Under the pieces are notes generated by a model. The model saw only the letters and a list, made by a program, of their open reading frames with translations. It had not been told where the DNA came from and made no database searches. Of a stretch of 64,000 nucleotides of DNA, positions 53,523 through 63,647 are shown piece by piece (positions within the stretch are counted from its first letter, which is position 1; each line of letters begins with the position of its first letter). Source of the DNA: Coriobacteriaceae bacterium (lineage in GTDB: Bacteria; Actinomycetota; Coriobacteriia; Coriobacteriales; UMGS124); the NCBI GenBank assembly GCA_019421015.1, contig JAHZGC010000015.1, forward strand, positions 15,795-79,794. Reading direction: 5' to 3'. The position numbers were made by a program, and so were the translations under genes.

Positions 53523-54380
53523 ATGAAGCCAAACAGCGCCCTGGTACTCGAAGGCGGCGGGTTCCGCGGGGTCTTTTCCGCCGGGGTCCTCGACGTCCTC
53601 ATGGAGCGCGGCGTCGGCGGGTTCACGTCGGTCTGGGGCGTCTCCGCCGGTGCCCTTGTGGGCTCAAACTTTGTGTCACGACAAATCGGACGGAGCATTC
53701 GCATAAACCTTGCCTTCCGCGACGACCGCCGGTACATGAGCCCCTACCAGCTGGCGACCACCGGTAACATCATGAGCCCCACCTTTCTGTATGCCGACGT
53801 CCAAAACGAGCTCGATCCCTTTGACTTCGATGCGTTCAACGCCAGCGCCACGCGGCTCTACGCCGTGTTGAGCGACGTGACCTTTGGTCGCCCGCACTAT
53901 GTCGAGATAGACCGTCTGCCCGAGAAGACCGATTACCTGCGCGCCTCGGCCAGCCTGCCGGTGGTCTCCCAAATCGTCGAGCTCGACGGCGGCTGCTACC
54001 TCGACGGCGGCACCTGCGACTCGGTTCCCCTCGAGCGGGCGCTCCAGGAGCCCGACGCCGACCGCGCTCTGGTGGTGCTCACGCGGGAACGGGGGTTCGA
54101 GAAGAAGCCGTCGCCCCTTACGCCGGCGGCCAACCGCCTCTACGGCGACTATCCCTATTTCCTCGATGCCTTTGAGAGCCGTCCCGAGCGCTACAACGCC
54201 CAACGCGACTATATCTGGGAGATGGAGCGCAGAGGCACGGCCTTTGTGATCGCCCCCGAGAAGCCCGTGGAGGTGGCGAACATGGAGCACGACGGCAGTC
54301 GCCTCATCGACCTGTACATCCAGGGGAGAACCGCCGCGAGCCGGCGTTTTGACGAGCTGGCGGAGTTCTTGGGGCTCTAA
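53523..54380 (+). CDS. Patatin-like phospholipase
   Basis: ATG 53523 after GAAAGGA. LVLEGGGFRG oxyanion motif and GVSAGA nucleophile elbow. Confidence 0.85.
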   Translation: MKPNSALVLEGGGFRGVFSAGVLDVLMERGVGGFTSVWGVSAGALVGSNFVSRQIGRSIRINLAFRDDRRYMSPYQLATTGNIMSPTFLYADVQNELDPFDFDAFNASATRLYAVLSDVTFGRPHYVEIDRLPEKTDYLRASASLPVVSQIVELDGGCYLDGGTCDSVPLERALQEPDADRALVVLTRERGFEKKPSPLTPAANRLYGDYPYFLDAFESRPERYNAQRDYIWEMERRGTAFVIAPEKPVEVANMEHDGSRLIDLYIQGRTAASRRFDELAEFLGL

Positions 54381-54531
54381 AACCTCTCTTTGGCTCTACC
54401 ACACGAAACCGATTTGGGGAATAATACGCCCCGACGAACGGTGACACTCCCTGTCAGAGCATCGACACGGCACCGCTCACGACACCTATGGGCTGCCCTG
54501 CGGGGCACGAGTTGTTAAAGGAGGGGTGCCC

Positions 54532-55962
54532 ATGGAGGCGTTGGCAGATGCCGTTATGCCCGACCGCATACAGTTCGCGGCGACGGCCCTGTTCCACTTC
54601 CTGTTCGTACCGCTCTCGATCGGGTTCGGCCTCATCTTGGCCATTCTGGAGACCAAGGCCTACCGAACCCGCGACCCCCACGACGAGGCGCTCGCGCGCT
54701 TCTGGCTGAGGCTCTTCACGGGCACCTTCGCGGTGGGTGTGGCGACCGGTATCACGATGGAGTTCTCGTTCGGCACCAACTGGGCCGACTACTCCCGCTT
54801 TGTGGGCGACGTCTTTGGCGCGCCGCTGGCCGCCGAGGCCTTGTTTGCCTTCTTCCTCGAGTCGGTCTTCCTCGGTATCCTCCTGTTCGGGCGCAACAAG
54901 GTGTCGCGCGGCCTCTATGTGGCGAGCTCCTGGCTCGTCTGGTTCGGCTCGATGCTCTCCGCCCTGTGGATCCTCATCGCCAACTCCTGGATGCAGACCC
55001 CGGCCGGCTACGAGGTCGTTGAGACGGAAGGGTCGGTCCGCGCCATCATGACCGACTTCTTTGCCTCGGCCTTCAACCCCTCCACCGTGCAGCGTTACGC
55101 CCACACGGTGATCGCGCTGCTTATCATGGGCGCCCTGGTCTGCATCGCCGTCGGTGCCTACTACAAGCTCAAGAATCGCGATGGGCGCGCTGCAGACCGT
55201 CTGCTCAAGGTGGGCCTTATCACCGGCATCGTGACCACGATCCTCATGCTTCCGGCCGCCCATAGCCAGGCCGTGGTGGTGGCTGACTACCAGCCCACCA
55301 AACTGGCGGCCATGGAGGGGCAGTACGAGGAAGGTCCCGTGGAGCTCTCGCTCTTCGGCTGGGTCGACGAAGAGACGCAGACCACCTACGCCCTGGGCAT
55401 TCCCGGCGGCACGTCGTTCCTCGCCGACGGCAGCTTCGACACCGTCTACCCCGGCCTCAACGACTACCCGGTCGAGGACCAGCCCGGCGCGGTGAACCTC
55501 ATCTTCCAGTCCTACCACATCATGGTGGCTATGTTCGGCGCCATCGTGCTCGTCTTGATCCTTGCCGCGCTGGTCTACGCCGGTAAGCTCAAGAACCATA
55601 AGTGGCCCCTGTACATCCTGATGATCGGTTGGATCGCGCCCATCTTGGCCATCGAGTTCGGTTGGGTCGTGGCCGAGGTCGGTCGTCAGCCCTGGATCGT
55701 CTGGGGCGAGCTGCGCACGGCCGACGCCATCTCTGAGGCGGTTCCCGCCGGTCAGGTCATCGCGACGCTCGTTGGGTTCTTCGCGGTCTACGCCCTGATC
55801 TACATCGCCTGGATCCGTTCGGTGGTCAAGACCGTGAAGAAGGGCCCCGACGTCTACCTTTCTGGCTCCGAGGGTCGCAACGGCGAGGCCCCTGCGGTTT
55901 CTGATGGCGGTCGTGCGGCCCAAGGCTCTGCCGACGCCGCAAAGGAGGTGGGGACCCGATGA
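54532..55962 (+). CDS. cydA: Cytochrome bd oxidase subunit I
   Basis: ATG 54532 after AAAGGAGGGG. FHFLFVPLSIGFG, GTNWADYSRFVGDVFG, EFGWVVAEVGRQPW are typical of CydA. Confidence 0.9.
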   Translation: MEALADAVMPDRIQFAATALFHFLFVPLSIGFGLILAILETKAYRTRDPHDEALARFWLRLFTGTFAVGVATGITMEFSFGTNWADYSRFVGDVFGAPLAAEALFAFFLESVFLGILLFGRNKVSRGLYVASSWLVWFGSMLSALWILIANSWMQTPAGYEVVETEGSVRAIMTDFFASAFNPSTVQRYAHTVIALLIMGALVCIAVGAYYKLKNRDGRAADRLLKVGLITGIVTTILMLPAAHSQAVVVADYQPTKLAAMEGQYEEGPVELSLFGWVDEETQTTYALGIPGGTSFLADGSFDTVYPGLNDYPVEDQPGAVNLIFQSYHIMVAMFGAIVLVLILAALVYAGKLKNHKWPLYILMIGWIAPILAIEFGWVVAEVGRQPWIVWGELRTADAISEAVPAGQVIATLVGFFAVYALIYIAWIRSVVKTVKKGPDVYLSGSEGRNGEAPAVSDGGRAAQGSADAAKEVGTR

Positions 55963-56987
55963 GCGCCCTTGCGATTCTGTGGTTCGTCCTGGTTGCCGTG
56001 CTCATCGCCGGCTACTTTGCCCTCGACGGCTTTGACCTGGGTGTCGGCGTGCTGTATCCCTTTATCGGCAAGGGCGAGCGCGACAAGGCCGTGATGCGTC
56101 GGGCCATCGGCCCGGTGTGGGACGGCAACGAGGTCTGGATCCTCACGGCCGGAGGCGCCCTCTTCGCGGCGTTCGCCCCCGCGTACGCCACCACGTTCTC
56201 CGGGTTCTACCTTGCGGTGATGCTCGTGCTCTTTGGCCTTATCGTGCGTGCGGTTGCCATCGAGTTCCGTGGTCACGATCCCGAGTGGAAAGGCCTGTGG
56301 GACGTCCTGTTCTTTGTGGGCAGCCTTCTGCCCGCTCTGCTGCTCGGCGTGGCGGTGGGCAACGTCGTGGGGGGTCTTCCCCTCGACGCCAACGGCGACT
56401 ACCTCGGCTCCTTCTTTGACCTGCTCAACCCCTTTGCGCTTGCCTGCGGCGTGCTCGGCTTGGTGCACATGCTCATGCAGGGGGCTTCGTGGATAGCCTG
56501 CAAGGCACCGGTCGACGACGAACTGCGTGTTAAGGCGGCTCGCCTGCGCCGGGTCCTCTGTGTGGTCGACCTGGTTGTCTTTGCCCTGGTGAGCGTGCTC
56601 TTCTTTACGGTGGTCGTGCCCAACTCGGCCGTGGGCATCGGCGCGACGCCCGTGGCCGGCGTGTTCGCCCTGGTGTACATCGTGTCGACGGTAGCGACCT
56701 TGGCCCTTGCGCCCGGCGAGCCTGCGCGTGACAAGTTTGCGCCGCTCCTTGCCGGCGTAGGTGCCTTTGGGCTGGTGGGGACTATGGCTGCGACGCTCTT
56801 TCCCTACCTCGTGCCCGCCACCGACCCTGCGATGTCGGTCACGGTGGCCAACGCCGCCGCCAATGAGACCTCGCTCATGGCGATGACGATCATTGCCTGT
56901 ATTGGTGTGCCGCTCGTCCTCGTGTACCACGTCGTGATCTACCGCGTCTACCGCGGCCGCGTTGCGGTGGAGGATCTCTCCTATTAG
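55959..56987 (+). CDS. cydB: Cytochrome bd oxidase subunit II
   Basis: ATGA overlap with cydA. FALDGFDLGVGVLYPF, IGPVWDGNEVWIL are typical of CydB. Confidence 0.9.
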   Translation: MSALAILWFVLVAVLIAGYFALDGFDLGVGVLYPFIGKGERDKAVMRRAIGPVWDGNEVWILTAGGALFAAFAPAYATTFSGFYLAVMLVLFGLIVRAVAIEFRGHDPEWKGLWDVLFFVGSLLPALLLGVAVGNVVGGLPLDANGDYLGSFFDLLNPFALACGVLGLVHMLMQGASWIACKAPVDDELRVKAARLRRVLCVVDLVVFALVSVLFFTVVVPNSAVGIGATPVAGVFALVYIVSTVATLALAPGEPARDKFAPLLAGVGAFGLVGTMAATLFPYLVPATDPAMSVTVANAAANETSLMAMTIIACIGVPLVLVYHVVIYRVYRGRVAVEDLSY

Positions 56988-57141
56988 CGCGCAAGGGGGA
57001 AATTAACCGACTTGACACGGGCGCACCCGTTTGCCGAGGGGTATGATTTCCCCGCTTGCATCTAAGGTTTCCCATGGGTGGGGCCGGCCTTCTGGCTTGT
57101 GATGCCAGGGCCGGCCCCGCTTTCGTAGAAAGGCACGAATC

Positions 57142-59076
57142 GTGAGAATCGCACTTGCTCAGATGGGGTCGGTGCAAGGGGCCTTCTCGGCCGATGTCGA
57201 TCGCATGCTCCAGATGGCCGAGCAGGCTGTCCGCCAGGGGGCTGAGCTTGTGGTGTTTCCCGCCACGGTGTTGAGCGGCGCCTACCCGCTCGCTTTGGGG
57301 GAGCGCCGTGCCTATGTGCTCGACCTGCTCGAGGCCATACGGGACTTCGCCTCCCGGACGCCGGTGACCGCGGTGGTTCCGGCCTATCTGTCCGACGGCG
57401 TGGCCGGCTATCTGGAGGTGTTCCTCTGCGGGGAGGGGGAGGCGTGTCCGCTGCGCCGCCGCGAGGTCAACCGTGTGAACGCGGAGCACGAGGTGGCCGC
57501 TGAGGCGACGGCCAGTTGTACGTTGGACGGCGTGTCGGTGCAGTTCCTCACGGGCGACACGTCGGTGGCGCCCAACGAGCTGAGCTGCGACGTGGCCGTG
57601 GCCCTCACCCCGCTGCCCTACTGCTTCGACGACAGCTCCTCGTTGGGGGTGGCGGGGCTGGCGGGCAGTGTGCTGCTGCCGTTGATCGAGGAGAGCTCCT
57701 GTTCCGTCGCCCTCGTGCAGGGGGTGGGCGCCTACGACGACGTGGTCCTTGCCGGGGGCAGCTTCGCCACCGACGAGAACAGTGTCGTCGTGGCGGCCGC
57801 CCCGCTGTTTGAAGAGTCGCTTGCGGTCTTTGAGGTTGCAGCGCCGGGCGAGGCGGAGCAGGATGGGGTGCGCGGCGTTTTTGATGGGCTGCTCACATCA
57901 TTTTCTCCTTATGTGGGGCTGCCCGCTTCGGCCGTCCCAACGCCCACCTACGACGACAGCCTGGGCTACCTCTATCGGGCACTGACCGTGGCTGTGCGCG
58001 ACTATGTGAGGAAGGCGGGGTTCTCAGATGCGCTCGTCGGGCTTTCGGGCGGAATCGACTCTTCGCTCGTCGCCTCCCTCGCCGTCGACGCCTTGGGTCC
58101 CGAGCATGTCGTGGGCGTCTTGATGCCCGGCCCCTACTCGTCGGGGCACTCGGTCGACGATGCGCTCGACCTGGCGTCACGGCTTGAGATGCGCACCCGT
58201 ACCGTTCCCATAACGGGGCTCTATGAGGTTGCCTGCCCCCTGCTCGCCGACGCATTGGGTGCCCCGTTCGAAGGCATTGCCCGTGAGAACATCCAAGCCC
58301 GCCTGCGCGGGACGGTGCTTATGGCCGTGTCGAACGCAACGGGGGCGTTGGTGCTCAACACCGGCAACAAGTCCGAGTCGGCGATGGGCTATTCGACGCT
58401 TTACGGCGACACCGTGGGTGCCTATGCGCCTCTAAGCGACGTCTATAAGACCCGGGTCTACGAGCTTGCCCGCTGGCGCAACGCCCGCGGGCCCCATGCC
58501 GTGATTCCCCGGCACGTGCTCGACAAGCCTCCGTCGGCCGAGCTCTCGGAGGGACAGACCGACGAGGGCTCTTTGGGGGCCGCCTACGCCCAGATCGACC
58601 AGATTTTGAACCTCCATGTGGAGCGCGGCCTCGACGCCCAGGACATCGTCGATGCCGGGTTCGATCCCGCCTTGGTCAACCGGGTCCTGCGTGCGTGTGT
58701 GACGGCGGAGTACAAACGGCGCCAGGAGCCCATGGGCCCCGTGGTCTCGCTCGCCCCCTTCGTCGACCGCGGCTGGCCCGTCGTCATGGGGTGGCAGGAC
58801 CGAGCCCAGGGGCCAGCCCCTGCCAGACGGAACGGGGAGGGCGCCGCGAGATGCTGTGGGTTCACCCTGGACGCCGAGGAGGTCGCCGACGCGGCCGAGG
58901 CAGAGATGCCGGAGCGGATCGAGGTGGACGAGGTCCTCGACGCCATGCTTGCCCACGCTGCCCGCCAGGAGCAGGTCATGGGCATGGTGGGCGACGTGGT
59001 CTTTGGCGCGTTTGTCTCGGGCAGGGGTTCCGACATGGACGACTGCCTGGGGATGCCCCTCTTCTCCAAAAACTAG
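57142..59076 (+). CDS. nadE: Glutamine-dependent NAD+ synthetase (CN-hydrolase domain + NAD synthetase domain) with a C-terminal extension
   Basis: GTG start after GAAAGG. The N-terminus MRIALAQM... is nitrilase-like. LSGGIDSSLVASLAVDALG PP-loop. NKSESAMGYSTLYGD. Confidence 0.85.
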   Translation: MRIALAQMGSVQGAFSADVDRMLQMAEQAVRQGAELVVFPATVLSGAYPLALGERRAYVLDLLEAIRDFASRTPVTAVVPAYLSDGVAGYLEVFLCGEGEACPLRRREVNRVNAEHEVAAEATASCTLDGVSVQFLTGDTSVAPNELSCDVAVALTPLPYCFDDSSSLGVAGLAGSVLLPLIEESSCSVALVQGVGAYDDVVLAGGSFATDENSVVVAAAPLFEESLAVFEVAAPGEAEQDGVRGVFDGLLTSFSPYVGLPASAVPTPTYDDSLGYLYRALTVAVRDYVRKAGFSDALVGLSGGIDSSLVASLAVDALGPEHVVGVLMPGPYSSGHSVDDALDLASRLEMRTRTVPITGLYEVACPLLADALGAPFEGIARENIQARLRGTVLMAVSNATGALVLNTGNKSESAMGYSTLYGDTVGAYAPLSDVYKTRVYELARWRNARGPHAVIPRHVLDKPPSAELSEGQTDEGSLGAAYAQIDQILNLHVERGLDAQDIVDAGFDPALVNRVLRACVTAEYKRRQEPMGPVVSLAPFVDRGWPVVMGWQDRAQGPAPARRNGEGAARCCGFTLDAEEVADAAEAEMPERIEVDEVLDAMLAHAARQEQVMGMVGDVVFGAFVSGRGSDMDDCLGMPLFSKN

Positions 59077-59153
59077 AGCAATTTTATGTTCTGCCACAAG
59101 ACAATTCTTGGAAGACAATTCTTGGGATTTTTCGGAACAGGTAAAACGAAAAC

Positions 59154-59193
59154 GCCCCTGCACAGGGCACCCAGAGGCGCGGTGTGCAGGGGC
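59154..59193 (-). terminator. Stem-loop terminator candidate for mscL
   Basis: Perfect 11-bp stem GCCCCTGCACA / TGTGCAGGGGC. On the minus strand it is followed by GTTTTCGTTTTACC. Confidence 0.5.
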
Positions 59194-59224
59194 GCATGTG
59201 TGTCAGCAATTGTTAAGGGCTGCT

Positions 59225-59662
59225 CTAGGACTCGACGGAAGGCAGCTCGGAGGTGCAGTGGGGGCAGCGCGTGGCGTCCTGGGCGACCTCTTCTTTGCAA
59301 TAGGGGCACAGGCGCGGGGCCGGCTGCTCCTCCGCTTTCTTTCCGGTGGCCTTGTTGGCCATGTCGTGGACCTTGTTGACGCCTTTCACGAGCAGGAACA
59401 CCACGAACGCGATGATGATGAACTGGATGAGCGCATTGAGGAACGAGCCGATCATGATGCCGTCGCCTTTATCGTCAAGCGGGATCACGAAGTTCTCGAA
59501 GGAGACGCCCGAGGTAAAGACGGCGATGATGGGCGTGATGACGTCGGTGACGAGCGAGTTCACGATGGCGGTAAAGGCGGCACCGACGATGATGCCGACT
59601 GCCATGTCGATGACGCTTCCTCGGGCGATGAAGTCGCGGAACTCAGAAAAGAACTTCTTCAT
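59225..59662 (-). CDS. mscL: Large-conductance mechanosensitive channel with a C-terminal CPxC...CPxC zinc-ribbon tail
   Basis: MKKFFSEFRDFIARGSVIDMAVGIIVGAAFTAIV... is the canonical MscL N-terminus. The tail is RLCPYCKEEVAQDATRCPHCTSEL. AAGGAGG RBS. Confidence 0.9.
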   Translation of the reverse strand: MKKFFSEFRDFIARGSVIDMAVGIIVGAAFTAIVNSLVTDVITPIIAVFTSGVSFENFVIPLDDKGDGIMIGSFLNALIQFIIIAFVVFLLVKGVNKVHDMANKATGKKAEEQPAPRLCPYCKEEVAQDATRCPHCTSELPSVES

Positions 59663-59744
59663 GGACTGCCTCCTTGGCTAGAAGACGGGGTTCGGCCGAC
59701 GGTTTAAGACCGCTGCGGCGGGCCGCACCTCGCAGCCCAGAACC

Positions 59745-60047
59745 TTATCCCTCACTCAAGATCGCCCAAACCACTATGGCAAACACCGCAACAAGAATTA
59801 TGCCTACCATTACGCCGGTACGAATCTTCTTTCGCCGTTCTTCGGCAGAGAAGATTTTGAACTTGGCCGTAGAGCGCTCGAGATACCGGTCGTAGTCGAG
59901 GGTAGCGTTACGGCGTTCGGGGAGGGGGTGGGCCGGCCGTGACGCAGCCGGTGCCCCGGGATCCGGCCGGGTTCGGTTGGTAGGGGAGGCGCCCTGCGGG
60001 CGCGGTGCCTCGTTCATGCGGTCGGTTGTGCTGTCGACGTGCGCCAC
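59745..60047 (-). CDS. Hypothetical small protein with a C-terminal TM anchor
   Basis: GTG start after AAGGAG. Pro/Arg-rich N-terminus, then GVMVGIILVAVFAIVVWAIL. Confidence 0.45.
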   Translation of the reverse strand: MAHVDSTTDRMNEAPRPQGASPTNRTRPDPGAPAASRPAHPLPERRNATLDYDRYLERSTAKFKIFSAEERRKKIRTGVMVGIILVAVFAIVVWAILSEG

Positions 60048-60277
60048 GAAAGACTCCTTGTGGATTCCGATGCCATCGAGCTGCGGTTCCTCTGCTGGCC
60101 TTAATCATACCCGTACATATGTGCTCACAAAACCTTTTCCGCCCATCTTGGAGGAATTGGCAGAATCTCCCTGGTTCTTTTCGATCTCCTTGGGTCTTAT
60201 AGGACGCTGTTCTTTGGGATAGAAGATATCCTAAGTGTGTAGATGAAGTAAATCTATATATAAGTGACTTAGATTAC

Positions 60278-60306
60278 TTGCTTTAGAGTTGTGAAGAGGT
60301 TATAAC
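60278..60306 (+). promoter_or_regulatory. Sigma-70-like promoter candidate for hsp20
   Basis: TTGCTT (60278-60283), a 17-nt spacer, then TATAAC (60301-60306), in an A+T-rich block about 90 nt upstream of the ATG. Confidence 0.45.
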
Positions 60307-60395
60307 TGGAGCATCAAATCACGGCGGTGGTGGGATACCTTACCCCGACCTATCGCATAAGCGCCGTAGGCGCAGAAGGTAAAGGAGCGTGTGCC

Positions 60396-60833
60396 ATGGC
60401 AACAATGGTTCCTTATGGTCGTCGGGGTTCGCTGGGCGACTGGTTCGGCACGAGCGACTGGATCAACGCGATGAACGAGCTTGCCGGTGCAGGACGGCCC
60501 GAAAGCTCGGGTGCCTCTTTTTTGATGGATGTGCAGGAGAACCCTGACGGTTACGTGGTCGAGGCCGTTATTCCCGGCGTGGCGCGCAACGAGGTCGACG
60601 TCGAGCTCAACGAGGGCCACTTGAACATCTCCGTCGACAAGCAGGATACCGAGGAGGTCGCGCGTCGCAACTACGTGCACCGCGAGACCTCGGCTTATCG
60701 TGCGGTTCGCAGCGTCTACCTTAAGGACGCCGACACCGTGGGTCTGACCGCCGTTCTTAAGGACGGTGTGCTAACTGTGAATGTTCCCAAGAAGAGCCAG
60801 ACCGGTAACGTTACAAAAGTCGAGATTGGGTAG
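60396..60833 (+). CDS. Hsp20/alpha-crystallin small heat-shock protein
   Basis: ATG 60396 after AAAGGAG. MDVQENPDGYVVEAVIPGVARNEVDVELNEGHLNISV ... GVLTVNVPK is an alpha-crystallin domain. Confidence 0.9.
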   Translation: MATMVPYGRRGSLGDWFGTSDWINAMNELAGAGRPESSGASFLMDVQENPDGYVVEAVIPGVARNEVDVELNEGHLNISVDKQDTEEVARRNYVHRETSAYRAVRSVYLKDADTVGLTAVLKDGVLTVNVPKKSQTGNVTKVEIG

Positions 60834-61030
60834 AAGAGCCTCAACGAAGCACTGAGGCGAAACTTCGAAGAACCAATACCACCGCTACTTGGGAATCCGG
60901 GCCCAGACAGTAGCAAACCAAACGCCTCCCTCTTCCCGAGCTCCTGACGATTCCTCTCCTGTCGTCAGGAGCATTTTTGTGTCCAAGGTGGGAAGGCCGA
61001 GGCATCGTTCGGGAGATGCTTGCAAAGACC

Positions 61031-61921
61031 CTACAGGCAGGTGAGGGGCGTGGTCTGGCTCGCCACCATGACGCGGAGCTGGCCTGCATCCGACGAGATG
61101 CCGCGTCTGCCTAGGAGCAGGGTCTCTCGGCAGGTCATGGGCAGGTTCGTGTGCTGGGAGATGTGCATGGCCACAACCGTCTGAGTCCGTGAGGTCGCCA
61201 GGGAGGGGAGCGCCTGGGCGGCCTGGCTGTTCGAGAGGTGCCCGGAGTCGCCGGCGATGCGCTTTTTGAGATGATGGGGATAGCCGCCATAGGACCACAG
61301 CATCGATTCGTCGTGGTTGCTCTCGAGGGCGAGGATGCGCGCATCTGAGAGGTACGTGCCCGCCTCTTCGGTTACGCAGCCCAGGTCGGTGCAGTATCCC
61401 ACGGCGTCGCCCGCACGCTCAAAGCGGTAACCAAACGGTTCGAGCGCATCGTGGGGGACGGAGAAGGGCGTCACGGTAACGCCGCACACGGTGATAGGGG
61501 AACGTGCGGTCAGGGGATGGGCGCTGACCCCGCCCGCGTCGGCCCATGACGATGAAGCAAGGGTGCCTGTGCTGGCGTAGACGGGGGCGCCGAGCTTTTT
61601 TGCCGTGACCCTGAGCCCCCCAATGTGGTCGGTGTGCTCGTGGGTGACCAGGATCGCGCGCACGCGCGACGGGTTGAGCCCGAGGGACTCCATGCGGGTG
61701 CAGATTTGACGGCAGGAGATGCCGGCGTCCACGAGAATGAGGCCATCGGGGCACTCGATGACGCAGCAGTTTCCTTGGGACCCCGACCCGAGCACATGGA
61801 GGCGCAGCCCGTCTTGCTCCCATGCCACAAGGGCCGTGTGGGCTTGGAGCGATATGCTGCAGCCGCTAGCCAGGTCGGCCTGGATGTGGTCGGGGGTCGA
61901 TAGGGGCTGTGCGGTCGGCAT
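61031..61921 (-). CDS. MBL-fold metallo-hydrolase
   Basis: Start trimmed to ATG 61921 (AGGAGA upstream). ILVDAG..., VTHEHTDHIGG (HxHxDH motif). Confidence 0.8.
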   Translation of the reverse strand: MPTAQPLSTPDHIQADLASGCSISLQAHTALVAWEQDGLRLHVLGSGSQGNCCVIECPDGLILVDAGISCRQICTRMESLGLNPSRVRAILVTHEHTDHIGGLRVTAKKLGAPVYASTGTLASSSWADAGGVSAHPLTARSPITVCGVTVTPFSVPHDALEPFGYRFERAGDAVGYCTDLGCVTEEAGTYLSDARILALESNHDESMLWSYGGYPHHLKKRIAGDSGHLSNSQAAQALPSLATSRTQTVVAMHISQHTNLPMTCRETLLLGRRGISSDAGQLRVMVASQTTPLTCL

Positions 61922-62021
61922 TACGGCGGTCTCCTGTGCGACAATGGTAGGGAACAACAGGCGATTATCGCCCAACTCAAGCCGATGATGCACGTCAATC
62001 CCCCTGGGAGGACCGGTTTTC

Positions 62022-63623
62022 ATGATTAACGCCCTGCAAGCCGTGCCCCTTGCGCCTACGCCGTCATCCCCGGTCATCCTTATGGTGAGCGGCGGGTCGG
62101 ACTCCACGGCTTTGCTGGTGCGGGCCGTCTTGGGCGAGCTCGACCTGTTCGACGGCCAGGGGCCGCAGAAGGTCGACCCGAGCCGGCTGGTCGTTCTCCA
62201 TGTCAACCATTGCCTGCGTGGCGAGGCTTCCGACGGCGACGAGGCCTTTGTGCGCGAGCTGGGGAAGCGCCTGGGCGTCGCGGTCCATGTGCTGCGGGCC
62301 GACGTGCCCGGGATGCTGGCGGCCGGCGGCAATATGGAACAGACCGCGCGCGAGGTGCGCTATGGGGCCGCCTGGGACTTGGCGGGAGAAGCGGCCGGGC
62401 GGCGCGGCGTTGCCCGCGAGACGTCCCGCATCTTGGTGGCCCATACCGCCGACGACCGGGTTGAGACCTTTCTCATGCGTGCCACCGAAGGGGCCGGGAC
62501 GTCCGGCCTGACGGGCATGAGGCCGACGAGGGGCATCGTGGTGCGCCCGCTGTTGGGGGAGACGCGCGCGGCGTTGCGGGCCTACCTTGCTGACCGCAGC
62601 ATCGGCTGGAGGGAGGACGCCACCAATGCCGAAGACGCGGCCCTGCGGTCGTACATCCGCAACCGCGTGGTTCCCTCCCTTGTGGAGCGCAACCCACGCC
62701 TGCACGAATCGGTCGGCCGCATGCTCGACGTCATGGCCGACGAGGACCGGCTGCTCGAGGGACTTGCTGCCCGCACGCTCAAAAAGGCGCTGCGCCCGTC
62801 TCGCGCAGGGACCTTGGCCCTGGACGTTCGGGTCCTCTCCGAAGAAGACCCCGCCATTGTGCGGAGGGCGCTGCGCTGCGGGCTCAGGCGGCTGCTGGGC
62901 GAAGAGGGGTTTCTCGACGGTAGGTTCGAGGGGCGCCATGTCGAGGCCCTGCTGCGGCTGGTACGGGCGCGGGCGGGGTCTTGTTCGCTGCCCCGGGCGT
63001 TGGATGCCCGCATTGACCGGGGAGAGCTAGTTATCTCAACCTCTACATCAACTATAAGTTCACCTTTAACTAAACCGTTAGTTTTTTTGAGCGATACCGC
63101 AGATGATCGGGTATTTTTTCAAGGTTGCCCCGCACATGTCAAAACAGCGGCGCGATGGGGGGAGTATGTTGTGCGCGCCCGCCTTGTGCCGGTTCCCCCC
63201 AGCAGCGACGGGGTCGTCTATGCCCGGGACGAAGCATGCCGGCTGGAGCGGGATGAGGGTTTGACGGAAGGTCGCGACTTTGTTCTCGTCGACGCGGCTG
63301 CCGTCGGGCTGGGCCGGGGGGGAGTGCTCGAGGTGGGGGGTCCCAGAACGGGGGAGCGTATGCGCCCGTTGGGGATGGCCGGCAGCAAGCTCGTCTCCGA
63401 CGTGCTTTCGGACGCGCATGTCCCCGTGCGCGACCGCCGTTGGACCCCGGTCGTGCGGACGAACGACGCCGTCTACGGCGAGGGGACGGGCTCGGGCGTT
63501 GTGTGGGTTGGAGGAATTCGCCTCGATGGCCGGGCCGCGTACCGGCCAGAAACGCGGGCGTTGGTAGAATTGACGTTCTGGAAGCCCGCAAGCGGCGGGG
63601 ACGGGGCCGTGCCCCACGAGTAG
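62022..63623 (+). CDS. tilS: tRNA(Ile)-lysidine synthetase
   Basis: PP-loop VILMVSGGSDSTALL. LVVLHVNHCLRG. Conserved tilS-hpt gene order. Confidence 0.85.
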   Translation: MINALQAVPLAPTPSSPVILMVSGGSDSTALLVRAVLGELDLFDGQGPQKVDPSRLVVLHVNHCLRGEASDGDEAFVRELGKRLGVAVHVLRADVPGMLAAGGNMEQTAREVRYGAAWDLAGEAAGRRGVARETSRILVAHTADDRVETFLMRATEGAGTSGLTGMRPTRGIVVRPLLGETRAALRAYLADRSIGWREDATNAEDAALRSYIRNRVVPSLVERNPRLHESVGRMLDVMADEDRLLEGLAARTLKKALRPSRAGTLALDVRVLSEEDPAIVRRALRCGLRRLLGEEGFLDGRFEGRHVEALLRLVRARAGSCSLPRALDARIDRGELVISTSTSTISSPLTKPLVFLSDTADDRVFFQGCPAHVKTAARWGEYVVRARLVPVPPSSDGVVYARDEACRLERDEGLTEGRDFVLVDAAAVGLGRGGVLEVGGPRTGERMRPLGMAGSKLVSDVLSDAHVPVRDRRWTPVVRTNDAVYGEGTGSGVVWVGGIRLDGRAAYRPETRALVELTFWKPASGGDGAVPHE

Positions 63624-63647
63624 CGCAAGTCCAAGGAGGGCTACACT

